A stretch of 64,000 nt of DNA from Flavobacteriales bacterium (GTDB lineage: Bacteria > Bacteroidota > Bacteroidia > CAIKAF01): NCBI GenBank assembly GCA_025055575.1, contig JANWWP010000034.1, positions 273 through 64,272 of the forward strand. The letters run 5' to 3'. The position numbers and the translations under genes were made by a program. Below, in pieces: positions 29,406 through 38,451 of this stretch. Below the pieces are notes generated by a model, which saw nothing but the letters and a program-made list of their open reading frames with translations, was not told the DNA's origin and searched no databases. Numbering within the stretch: position 1 is the first letter of the stretch; each line of letters starts with the position of its first letter.

Positions 29406-30623
29406 TCAAATCCCTTTCTCCATTTTATATTGATTGTGGGTCTCTTTTTGAATCACCTGGGCTAAAATTTTCAAGCCCTTCATTAAAATTTTATCCGGAA
29501 TATTGAGCGGCGGAGCAATTCTCAAACAATCTGACCGAAACAAAAACCAATCGGTAATCACCCCGGCTTCCTGAGCTAGTCGGCTTAAATGGGGGGCATT
29601 GGTTCCGAGCGGCAGATGCAGCGCTAAAAGAAGGCCTCTGCCCTGGATTTCCCGAACCTCAGGTGGCCAGGGGAAATGCCGCACTATGGTTTCTTTTCGT
29701 ATAGCCTCTTGCACTAAGCCCTCCTTTTCAATTACTTTAAGAGTGGCAAGGCCGGCGGTGCAGGAGAGCGGATGCCCTCCAAAAGTCGTAATGTGGCCCA
29801 GTGCCGGACGGTGCGAAAGTTCTTTCAGGAGGTCGCGGGCAGCCAATACGGCACCTAAAGGTAATCCTCCCCCCAGCGCTTTAGCGCTTAGAATAATGTC
29901 TGGCTGTATTCCCGAGGATTCGTAACCCCAGAAGGTGCCTGTGCGACCCATACCCGTTTGACATGCATCCACCACCAGGAGGGCGCCGGTCTCTCGACAT
30001 CGGGCTTGTAAGGCCTGAAAAAATTCCACCGATCCGATCCGGCATCCGGCCTCCGCTTGGATAGCCTCTACAAAAACGGCAGCCACAGTCCTGTCTATTT
30101 TGGCCAATTCGGAAAGGTCGTTGTATTTCAGGTGGCGCACCCCGGGGATCAAAGGCCTGAAGGCTTCCTGGAAGCAGGGGCTACCGATGAGGGAAAGAGC
30201 ACCCTGCGTGCTGCCGTGGTAAGCCTGGCCAAAGGCCGCAATGTGGGGCCTGGCGGTGACTCTTTTAGCCAGTTTCATTGCCAGCTCGGTGGCTTCGGAG
30301 CCGGAATTCACAAAATAAACACAATTTATCTCCGGCGGGGAATAGGCTAATAGCCGCTCCGCCAGCTGAACCTGCGGCGCCTGGACAAATTCGCCATACA
30401 CCATCACATGCAGGTGTCGTCGCAGTTGGCGCCGGATAGCGTTCGCCACGGCGGGATGCCCGTGTCCTAAAGCGCCCACAGAAATTCCTGAAATCAGGTC
30501 GATGTATCGACGGTTGTGGATGTCCACTAAGTAGCTTCCTTTGGCCCGCGCCACGTGCAACATCATGGGCTCGGGACTGGTGGGCGCCAGGTGGTGTTGG
30601 AATAATTTTACATGACGGTGCAT
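29406..30623 (-). CDS. Class III PLP-dependent aminotransferase (acetylornithine aminotransferase-like)
   Basis: YIDLISG, VNSGSEATE, YHGST, DACQTGMGRTG, AKALGGG and TTFGGHP motifs. Confidence 0.92.
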   Translation of the reverse strand: MHRHVKLFQHHLAPTSPEPMMLHVARAKGSYLVDIHNRRYIDLISGISVGALGHGHPAVANAIRRQLRRHLHVMVYGEFVQAPQVQLAERLLAYSPPEINCVYFVNSGSEATELAMKLAKRVTARPHIAAFGQAYHGSTQGALSLIGSPCFQEAFRPLIPGVRHLKYNDLSELAKIDRTVAAVFVEAIQAEAGCRIGSVEFFQALQARCRETGALLVVDACQTGMGRTGTFWGYESSGIQPDIILSAKALGGGLPLGAVLAARDLLKELSHRPALGHITTFGGHPLSCTAGLATLKVIEKEGLVQEAIRKETIVRHFPWPPEVREIQGRGLLLALHLPLGTNAPHLSRLAQEAGVITDWFLFRSDCLRIAPPLNIPDKILMKGLKILAQVIQKETHNQYKMEKGI

Positions 30624-30662
30624 GAACCCATTTTGCGTAGAAATCTTAGGTGCATGGCCGGG

Positions 30663-31127
30663 TTATTCCCTGTTTTTTTTTGGACTCACAACCCATATTT
30701 GATCTTCCACCACATAGGCCGAAGGATACCACAATCTAATTTTTTGACACAGGGCAGCGGCTTCCAAAAATGTTTGAAAATCCCCTAAGCGGATTTTGAA
30801 ATTAGGCGCTTCGTAGGTGAGATAGACCGGCATACCGGGAAATTTTTGCTGGATATCGGAACGCACTTTAAGGGCCCGATCTTTCGACCCCGAGCCGGAC
30901 TCGGCGGCCACTTGAACACGGAAACCCTTTTGGCGGATTTCGCCTTCCGAAATTTTCAGAAGAGCTCTTTGGGAAGATGCGTCAGGCAGCAGGATGACCT
31001 TCCCGGCCCCATCGGCTTGATAGGGATTCTGAGCCCGCAGCCCGCTTGTCGCTAGCCATTCGAAAGCACATGCCAGCGCCAAGCCGAATAGGGTTTTGCA
31101 AAATGCATGAGGGTTTAAAAAGTTCAC
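30663..31127 (-). CDS. SPOR domain protein (septal peptidoglycan-binding)
   Basis: Signal peptide; GFRVQV...YEAPNFKIRLGDF..LEA...YPSAYVV motif. Confidence 0.85.
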   Translation of the reverse strand: MNFLNPHAFCKTLFGLALACAFEWLATSGLRAQNPYQADGAGKVILLPDASSQRALLKISEGEIRQKGFRVQVAAESGSGSKDRALKVRSDIQQKFPGMPVYLTYEAPNFKIRLGDFQTFLEAAALCQKIRLWYPSAYVVEDQIWVVSPKKNRE

Positions 31128-31154
31128 GGCACTAAATTAAAGAGGTCCAGGGCC

Positions 31155-31448
31155 TCATTTTTTCCGCATGTTTTTATTGGCTTGTTTCAAATGTTTTTTC
31201 ATGCGTTTGCGAGTGGCTTTGTCCTGGATGGCCAGATGTCTTTTGCGTCCGTACTCAGCCGCTCGCTTAGCGGCTTTCTCATTTTCTTTTTTGACCCGCT
31301 TAATGTCTTTTTTCACCTGAGCCGGAGATTTCTCGCCCTTGTTGGAGAATTGGGCTGAAGCCATTAAAGGCATCCAAAGAAGACTTGTTAGAAAGATTAG
31401 GCCAGATATTACATTTTTTCGAAAAGGGCCGCGTCGACTCTGTGGCAT
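31155..31448 (-). CDS. Small exported highly basic hypothetical protein
   Basis: Signal peptide ending ASA-Q; Lys/Arg-rich helical mature part; fills the gap without overlapping neighbours. Confidence 0.75.
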   Translation of the reverse strand: MPQSRRGPFRKNVISGLIFLTSLLWMPLMASAQFSNKGEKSPAQVKKDIKRVKKENEKAAKRAAEYGRKRHLAIQDKATRKRMKKHLKQANKNMRKK

Positions 31449-31480
31449 AGCTCTATATCAGGAGGATATAATTTTGTAAC

Positions 31481-31954
31481 GTGATGCCGTTCTTTTATGT
31501 TGTGTATGTTGTGAGAGGGACAAAATATTTTCTAATTCTCATCGGGGGATTCACGATAGGCCTCATGCCGGGTCTGACGGGGTGTAAAAGTAACCGGAAT
31601 CCAATGATTCCATCCGTTCCTGTGAATGTGGTTTTGAATCTTGGAAATCCGCAATTCAGCGCTTTGAATGTCCCGGGCGGGTATGTGGTATTGCCCGATG
31701 AGGGATCCCGTGGCATCATTGTGGTGCGCGTGAATGTGGACGATGTGGCGGCCTTTGATCTGCACTGTCCTCAGGATGTGAATAATCCATGTGGGAAAGC
31801 CCAACCCGATCCCAATGGCCTAAAGCTGGTGTGCCCTTGTTGCACCTCCGAATGGAACATTTTATCCGGACAAACGATAAAAGGGCCCTCTGTGTGGCCT
31901 TTGTTCAACTATCGCACCTCTTTTGACGGGATGGTAGTCCGCGTTTTTAATTGA
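31481..31954 (+). CDS. Rieske-like Cys-rich lipoprotein
   Basis: Lipobox LTGC; GIIV, AFDLHCP, CPCC and G....GP...PL..Y resemble a Rieske fold. Start may be 31481 or 31511. Confidence 0.75.
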   Translation: MMPFFYVVYVVRGTKYFLILIGGFTIGLMPGLTGCKSNRNPMIPSVPVNVVLNLGNPQFSALNVPGGYVVLPDEGSRGIIVVRVNVDDVAAFDLHCPQDVNNPCGKAQPDPNGLKLVCPCCTSEWNILSGQTIKGPSVWPLFNYRTSFDGMVVRVFN

Positions 31955-31961
31955 ATGCCTT

Positions 31962-33110
31962 GTGAAACAAACCGGACAAGTGGCTTTGGTGCACGACTGG
32001 TTCCTTCAAAGAGGCGGAGCTGAAGAAGTGACGGTTCAGATCTTGAAAATCCTTCAGCCCCTTCAGCCGGATGTCTTTGCCATTTTCAGCAGCCCCTCCA
32101 CCATGAAAGCCTTAGATCCTGGAGGGGCATCGTTGAAAGTTCATACGTCTTGGCTCAACCGCTGGCCTTGGTTCCGCAAAAACCACAAAATCCTTTTGCC
32201 CTTTTTCCCAAGTGCCATGGCGGGCCTCAAGACAGAACTTTATCCTGTGGTGATCAGCAGCAGCCATTCTGCTGCAAAAAACCTTCGGAAAGGCCCCCAT
32301 GCACTGCATATTTGCTATTGCCACACCCCTTCTAGGTATTTATGGGTTTGGGAAAAAGAATATTTACAGGATTATGGACTCTACCGTCCTTTTTTTTTCT
32401 CTGTGGTTCAAAAACATTTGCAGAGGCTTCGGCAATGGGATAAAAGAGGCTCCCAGGGCGTGGATTTTTTTATTGCGAATTCGAGGCACATCGCAGGGCG
32501 GATTAAGGAATTTTATGGATGCGAATCCACGGTCATCTATCCTCCTGTGGATATAGACTATTTCTGCCCTGGACCTGCCGAAAAGGGCCGGGATTATTAT
32601 TTCACATCCTCCCGGGATGTCCCCTATAAAAAACTGGATATGATTGTGTGGGCTTTTAATCAAATGCCAGGCCGACGCCTTGTTCTGGCTACTCAGCCCT
32701 CGGCCGTGCCTCGGTTAAAAGCCCAGGCTGCATCTCACGTGGAGGTGGTGCCTATGGGGTCCCGCCACGATTACCGGGCTTGGCTCAGGGGCGCCCGGGC
32801 CTATGTTTTTGCGGCCCGGGATGATTTTGGTATTGCTCCTGTGGAAGCTATGGCTTGCGGCGTTCCTGTGCTGGCTCTGGCGCGCGGCGGGGCTTTGGAA
32901 ACCGTGCAGGAGGGCGTGAACGGTTGTTTTTTTGAGCATCAGACTGTGCGAAGTATTATGGAGGGAGTAACTCGGTTTGAAAAGAACTTTTCAGCCTCTC
33001 CACAAAGCATCCGATCCAGTGTTCTGCGCTTTTCTCGTGATAGATTTGTTCAGGAAATGCGCGCTTTTCTTAAGGAACGTTTACCGGATGCTTTGGGGGC
33101 GCGTCTATAA
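31962..33110 (+). CDS. Glycosyltransferase family 4 (WbaZ-like mannosyltransferase)
   Basis: ALVHDW..RGGAE, YCHTPSRY, IANS, IYPPVD and DFGIAPVEAMACG motifs. Confidence 0.92.
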   Translation: MKQTGQVALVHDWFLQRGGAEEVTVQILKILQPLQPDVFAIFSSPSTMKALDPGGASLKVHTSWLNRWPWFRKNHKILLPFFPSAMAGLKTELYPVVISSSHSAAKNLRKGPHALHICYCHTPSRYLWVWEKEYLQDYGLYRPFFFSVVQKHLQRLRQWDKRGSQGVDFFIANSRHIAGRIKEFYGCESTVIYPPVDIDYFCPGPAEKGRDYYFTSSRDVPYKKLDMIVWAFNQMPGRRLVLATQPSAVPRLKAQAASHVEVVPMGSRHDYRAWLRGARAYVFAARDDFGIAPVEAMACGVPVLALARGGALETVQEGVNGCFFEHQTVRSIMEGVTRFEKNFSASPQSIRSSVLRFSRDRFVQEMRAFLKERLPDALGARL

Positions 33111-34260
33111 TAACTTCCTCTCTTTACGACCTCTCTTAGCTGGCTGGGCTTTGATGGTTCTTGCGTGCTGTGTGCCCACTTCATTTTTCTTTTTACAGTC
33201 TTTGCCTTTAGCTTTAGGTTTCCTATTTACTTTCTCCTTAAGGCCGCAATTTGTGTTTCAGCACCCCCTGATTGGGCTGTCTTTCTGGATTTTTATGTTT
33301 TTGATGGTCTGGATGTGGCTGGTGAATGGTTCAGATCTCTTCCAAGTGGGGGCCTTTTCCTCCAGCTACTTGTTTGCGTTGGGAATACCTTGGCTCATGC
33401 TACACGCTGGCGAAAAAACATCTTTTCGTCCCGAAAGATATTTTCTGATGATGTCTTGGAGCACAGTTTTAGTGGGGATATATGGAGTTTCCATAGTGGT
33501 TTTCAATGGATTTGATGCAGGATTTCTGCCAGAACATTCCTGGACTTATAAATTCAGGGAAGAATTTGCCCGGCACACCGGATTGCATCCACCCTACTAT
33601 GGCCTGTTCGCTTCTGCTTCCATTGTTTTTTTCTTACACAGCAAGGCTCTCATACACCGGCGGATTCTGTATTTTTTGCGTTGGCTGCCCATCATTTTTC
33701 TCAGCGGCCTTTTGCTGGCCCTCGAAACCCGCATCCACTTGCTGACCCTTTTTCCTTTGTTAATCCTGTTTTCTCCATCGGCCCGCCTGCCGTTATTGGT
33801 ATTGCTTTTCCTAGTGGGGATAGTGATGTGGTGGCGGCCTCAATCCAGGTTTCAGGAGTTGATAGAAAGGACGCCCAATTCAGCCACCTTACGATGGGAA
33901 TCCTGGCGATGCGGCTGGCAGGTGTTCCGAGAGAATCCCTGGACAGGAGCGGGGGCGGCGTCTGTGCAATCCAGGCTGGATGCCTGCTATGCCGGTAAAA
34001 GTCCCGGGTTGCTCCACATGAATACCCACAACCAGTTTTTACATTTTCTGGCAAGCGGTGGGGGGGTGCCCTTCATCCTTTGGCTTTTCGAATGTGGTTT
34101 AATTATTTATGTTTTTGGGATCAGAAAAAATTTTCCTGCGCTCATATGCACGGGAGTATTTTTGGCTTTTTGTTGCACAGAAAATGTAATGGAACGGCAA
34201 TGGGGCGGATGTTTTATGGGCTTCTTGACGGGTTTAGCGTGGAATTCACTAAAAGAATAA
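33088..34260 (+). CDS. O-antigen ligase/polymerase (Wzy_C) family membrane protein
   Basis: Multiple TM segments, HPPY, a periplasmic R..SW..G..PWTGAG loop and the NTHNQFL motif. ATG 33088 preferred. Confidence 0.8.
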   Translation: MLWGRVYNNFLSLRPLLAGWALMVLACCVPTSFFFLQSLPLALGFLFTFSLRPQFVFQHPLIGLSFWIFMFLMVWMWLVNGSDLFQVGAFSSSYLFALGIPWLMLHAGEKTSFRPERYFLMMSWSTVLVGIYGVSIVVFNGFDAGFLPEHSWTYKFREEFARHTGLHPPYYGLFASASIVFFLHSKALIHRRILYFLRWLPIIFLSGLLLALETRIHLLTLFPLLILFSPSARLPLLVLLFLVGIVMWWRPQSRFQELIERTPNSATLRWESWRCGWQVFRENPWTGAGAASVQSRLDACYAGKSPGLLHMNTHNQFLHFLASGGGVPFILWLFECGLIIYVFGIRKNFPALICTGVFLAFCCTENVMERQWGGCFMGFLTGLAWNSLKE

Positions 34261-34268
34261 TTTAAAAC

Positions 34269-35225
34269 ATGGAAGCAACGGCCTCCGGTAATGCGCGCTT
34301 TGCTGTCTTGGACTGTGGCACCAACACTTTTAATCTGTTAGTGGCCGAGCCTTCCGGGAGCACATTTCGCGTGGTGCATCAGGCCAAAATTCCCGTCAAA
34401 TTGGGGAAAGGTGGGCTAAAAGGACGTGAGCTTAAAGAAGAAGCCATTCAAAGAGCAGAGATAGCTTTTAAGGAATTTGGGGAAAAACTGCGCGTGCTCA
34501 AACCAGATAAAGTGTACATTTCCGGAACTTCGGCAGTCCGTTCGGCCCGAAACGGCTACCGGGTGCAGGAAGCCTGTTTGCAACACCTGGGCCATCCCAT
34601 GCACGTGATTGACGGTCCCCAAGAGGCGGAATTGATTTTTCGCGGGGTAATGTTCAGCGGCGTTTTGGACGACTTGGATTCCGCACTCATCGTAGATATC
34701 GGCGGCGGCAGTTGCGAGTTCATCATGTATGCGCACAAAGCGCCGGTGCATATGACCAGTATTGAAATCGGCGTCAGCCGCCTCACCGATGACTTTGCCA
34801 CTTTCGATTTTCCGCATCCGGACGCGCTGGACCGAATGAAATTTAAACTTCAGGAGACACTCAGGCCGTTGCAGGCCGTGGTGCAGGAATACCGGCCCAG
34901 CGTTTTGGTGGGTTCCTCGGGCACTTTTGATACTTTCGAAGATATGTTGGAAGCCCAGGGCCTCCTTATGCGCCGGGAAGGCAACTGGTCCGGGTATTCG
35001 GAAAACGCCTGTGCGAATCTTTGTGAGAAACTGCTGGACTGTGATTTGGAAGGCCGCTTGCGCATGCCGGGCATCACAGCCTTCCGGGCTGAAATGCTGC
35101 CGGCCGCAGCCCAGTTGGTTCTGATTTTGTTGAGCATGAACTCTTTTAAGGAAGTGCGCACCTGTCACTTTGCCATAAAAGAAGGTATTTTATTTTCTTT
35201 GATGCACAATAAACGTCTGCCATGA
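34269..35225 (+). CDS. ppx: Ppx/GppA family exopolyphosphatase
   Basis: DCGTNTFNLL, TSAVRSARN, IDGPQEA, DIGGGSCE and AIKEG motifs. Confidence 0.9.
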   Translation: MEATASGNARFAVLDCGTNTFNLLVAEPSGSTFRVVHQAKIPVKLGKGGLKGRELKEEAIQRAEIAFKEFGEKLRVLKPDKVYISGTSAVRSARNGYRVQEACLQHLGHPMHVIDGPQEAELIFRGVMFSGVLDDLDSALIVDIGGGSCEFIMYAHKAPVHMTSIEIGVSRLTDDFATFDFPHPDALDRMKFKLQETLRPLQAVVQEYRPSVLVGSSGTFDTFEDMLEAQGLLMRREGNWSGYSENACANLCEKLLDCDLEGRLRMPGITAFRAEMLPAAAQLVLILLSMNSFKEVRTCHFAIKEGILFSLMHNKRLP

Positions 35226-36406
35226 GCACAGTACTCATTGTGGATGATGAAAAAAGCATCCGCAATATTTTATCTGAAATTTTAAAAAATGAGGGCTTAA
35301 ACGTTCTGGAAGCGGAAAACGGCCCACAGGCTCTGGAATTATTTAAAAAGCAAGGGCCCGATTTGGTGTTCTGCGACATCAAAATGCCGGGAATGGATGG
35401 CGTGGAACTGCTGAAAGCCATGATGGAACACAATCCGGAAACGCCCGTGGTGATGCTCAGCGGGCATGGTACCATAGAAACGGCTGTGGAATGCATTAAA
35501 TCTGGAGCTTACGATTTTATCAGCAAACCTGTCGATCTGAACAGGTTGTTGGTGACCTTGCGTAATGCTTTGGAGAAGAAATCGTTAGTTCGAGAAACAA
35601 AAAGTCTAAAAAAATCCGTAACCCGATCCAAATACAAAGAAATTATCGGACAATCCGAAAGCATTCAAAAAATTCGCGAATTGATAGCCCGTGTGGCGCC
35701 TACGGATGCCCGCGTGCTGATCACGGGGAGCAACGGCACAGGCAAGGAGCTGGTGGCCCGAGCCATTCATGCCCTTAGCAAACGCAGCGAACAGCCCCTC
35801 ATCGAAGTAAATTGCGCCGCCATTCCTTCAGAACTTATTGAAAGCGAGCTTTTTGGTCACGAAAAAGGATCCTTTACCTCAGCCCTCAAAACACGCAAAG
35901 GCAAATTTGAATTGGCCCACGGCGGTACCCTTTTTTTAGATGAGGTAGGCGATATGAGTTTGGCCGCTCAGGCCAAGGTGCTTCGGGCTTTGCAGGAAAA
36001 TAAAATCACCCGGGTGGGCGGGGATGAAGAGATAAAGGTGGATGTGCGGGTGATAGCCGCCACAAACAAAGACCTGGAAGCCGAGATACGGAAAGGCAAC
36101 TTCAGGGAAGATCTGCTGCATCGGCTGGCCGTCATTCCTATTCACGTGCCGGACCTCAACGACCGGCCAGAGGACATACCGATTTTGGCCCAACATTTCC
36201 TCAAGGAAATTCTTCAGGAACAGAATATGCCTCCTAAAAAATTTACGAATGAAGCCCTCGAAGAGCTCACCCGCATCCGTTGGAACGGAAACGTACGAGA
36301 ATTAAGGAATGTGGTGGAGCGGTTGGTGATTCTTTGCGACAAAGTGATCACGGGCGAGGATGTCCGCACTTTTGCAAAACCTGCCAAGTCAAGAGCCTGG
36401 GAATGA
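35222..36406 (+). CDS. Receiver + AAA+ (NtrC/NtrX-like) response regulator lacking a C-terminal HTH
   Basis: VDDE/DIKMP receiver domain; [28 protein letters not shown] and WNGNVREL motifs. Confidence 0.93.
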   Translation: MSTVLIVDDEKSIRNILSEILKNEGLNVLEAENGPQALELFKKQGPDLVFCDIKMPGMDGVELLKAMMEHNPETPVVMLSGHGTIETAVECIKSGAYDFISKPVDLNRLLVTLRNALEKKSLVRETKSLKKSVTRSKYKEIIGQSESIQKIRELIARVAPTDARVLITGSNGTGKELVARAIHALSKRSEQPLIEVNCAAIPSELIESELFGHEKGSFTSALKTRKGKFELAHGGTLFLDEVGDMSLAAQAKVLRALQENKITRVGGDEEIKVDVRVIAATNKDLEAEIRKGNFREDLLHRLAVIPIHVPDLNDRPEDIPILAQHFLKEILQEQNMPPKKFTNEALEELTRIRWNGNVRELRNVVERLVILCDKVITGEDVRTFAKPAKSRAWE

Positions 36407-37395
36407 GAAAACCGGGAACGGCGCAGGCCGTTGAACTGGCCGAGAGTATCCGCCAGGGAGACCGAAGAGCCCTTGCGCAGGCCATCACACTGGTGGAAAG
36501 CCAGAATCCTGAAAAAAAAGCCTTGGCATCCGATATTCTCAAGATTCTTGCACCCGAAGGGGAACAGAGCTTCAGAATTGGCATCAGCGGTATTCCAGGC
36601 GCCGGTAAAAGCACGCTCATAGAGTCCCTGGGTTTAGAACTCATTGAAAGAGGTCATCGTGTGGCTGTACTGAGTATTGACCCTTCCAGTTTGCTATCAG
36701 GCGGCAGCATCCTTGGAGATAAAACCCGGATGGCACGCCTGGCAGCCCATCCGGAGGCCTACATTCGACCTTCGCCCAGCCGCACCCTGTACGGAGGCCT
36801 GGCGCCCCACACTTTCGAAACCATTTTTCTCTGTGAAGCCGCTGGCTTCGACCGAATCCTTATTGAAACCGTAGGTACGGGACAGTCGGAAACAGATGTG
36901 GCTTATGTAGCGGATTTTCTTTTGCTTATCAATGTTCCAGGTCAGGGGGATGACCTCCAGGGTGTGAAGCGGGGTATCATGGAACTGTGCGACATGGTGC
37001 TCGTGAACAAAGCAGAGGATCCCGAAGATCCGGCTGTCCAACGGGCACTGTCTTTTATCCGACAAGCCCTGAATTTTCTTCCCTCCCGGCCACATGGTAT
37101 GCCCGTTCAGGTGAAAGCGGTTTCCGCCCTAAAAGGCTTGGGAATTTCAGAACTTGCTGAGGATTTGGAAACCATATTCGTACATCAAAGAAAAGACGGC
37201 TATTGGAAGCGCTCCAGGTTGGAAAAACTTCAATTTGTTTTTACGCAGCACTTACGCAATGCCTTTTGGTATCAAATTCAGGCCCAACCGAAACTAAAGG
37301 AAGTTTTTGCGCGGGCTATGGCGGAATTAAAATCCCATCCTTACTGTCTGTACCGACTTTCGGAAAGTGTGTTGAAAGCCTGGCTCGGAAACTAA
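36403..37395 (+). CDS. meaB: Methylmalonyl-CoA mutase-associated GTPase MeaB
   Basis: LAQAITLVES, GIPGAGKST, DPSS..SGGSILGDKTRM, ETVGTGQSE and GIMEL motifs. ATGA overlap places the start at 36403. Confidence 0.95.
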   Translation: MRKPGTAQAVELAESIRQGDRRALAQAITLVESQNPEKKALASDILKILAPEGEQSFRIGISGIPGAGKSTLIESLGLELIERGHRVAVLSIDPSSLLSGGSILGDKTRMARLAAHPEAYIRPSPSRTLYGGLAPHTFETIFLCEAAGFDRILIETVGTGQSETDVAYVADFLLLINVPGQGDDLQGVKRGIMELCDMVLVNKAEDPEDPAVQRALSFIRQALNFLPSRPHGMPVQVKAVSALKGLGISELAEDLETIFVHQRKDGYWKRSRLEKLQFVFTQHLRNAFWYQIQAQPKLKEVFARAMAELKSHPYCLYRLSESVLKAWLGN

Positions 37396-38330
37396 GCAAA
37401 AAGCTTCATACCATCCAGAACATCGCACACCTCTTTGACGGCGGCCGCTGATTTTCGGAGGAGATCCATTTCTCCATCATTCAATTTCAGTTCGATGATT
37501 TTTTCCACGCCATTTTTCCCCAATACAACCGGAACACCAAGGTAAATATTTTCGAGACCATATTCTCCTGTGAGCCAGGCACACACCGGCACCACCCGCT
37601 TCTGGTCGCGTACGATGGCTTCCACCATCTGGGCTGCGGCGGCCCCAGGGGCATACCAAGCGCTGGTGCCCATCAGATTCACGAGTTCGCCGCCACCTTT
37701 TTTCGTTCTTTCTACAATGGCCTGAATACGCTCCTCCGGCAGAAATTCTGACACAGGAATACCGCTGATGGTGGTGTAGCGGGGCAAGGGCACCATAGTG
37801 TCACCGTGTCCGCCCAGGAGCATGGCTTGTATTTCCTTGGGCGATACGCCCAGCTCTTCAGCAAGGAACGCCCGGTAGCGGGCTGTGTCCAAAATGCCGG
37901 CCATGCCCATGACCCGGCGGCTGTCGGTGCGCGCGGTGAGATAGGCACAATAGGTCATTACGTCCAGCGGGTTAGAAACCACAATGATGATGGCATCCGG
38001 AGAATAGCGCACCACATTTTCCGTGACGGATTTAACGATACCGGCGTTGGTGGCGATCAGATCATCCCGGCTCATACCCGGCTTGCGCGGCAGTCCGGAC
38101 GTGATCACCACCACCGAAGATCCGGCTGTCGGTTCATAATTATTGGTGAAACCTTTCACACGGCTGTCATACATATTCACGGGGGCGGTTTGCCAAATGT
38201 CCAGGGCTTTACCTTCTGCAATACCCTCTTTGATGTCGATGAGGATGACTTCATTGGCCAGCTCTTTATGAGCTATGACGTTGGCACACGTGGCGCCCAC
38301 ATTTCCTGCGCCGATTACGGTGATTTTCAT
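37392..38330 (-). CDS. mdh: Malate dehydrogenase (LDH-like type)
   Basis: GAGNVGAT, PRKPGMSRDDL, VSNPLD, LDTARY and GGHGD motifs. Confidence 0.98.
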   Translation of the reverse strand: MKITVIGAGNVGATCANVIAHKELANEVILIDIKEGIAEGKALDIWQTAPVNMYDSRVKGFTNNYEPTAGSSVVVITSGLPRKPGMSRDDLIATNAGIVKSVTENVVRYSPDAIIIVVSNPLDVMTYCAYLTARTDSRRVMGMAGILDTARYRAFLAEELGVSPKEIQAMLLGGHGDTMVPLPRYTTISGIPVSEFLPEERIQAIVERTKKGGGELVNLMGTSAWYAPGAAAAQMVEAIVRDQKRVVPVCAWLTGEYGLENIYLGVPVVLGKNGVEKIIELKLNDGEMDLLRKSAAAVKEVCDVLDGMKLFA

Positions 38331-38451
38331 AGATGGTTCAATGGCGCGCAAAGTAATAGCATTCATCTAATTTATACAAGCGCTTTAGCCCTCTTTTTCC
38401 TGCCTGTTACGACAAAAAATTGATGTAACTTTGCATTCCTTTATTTTTCGC

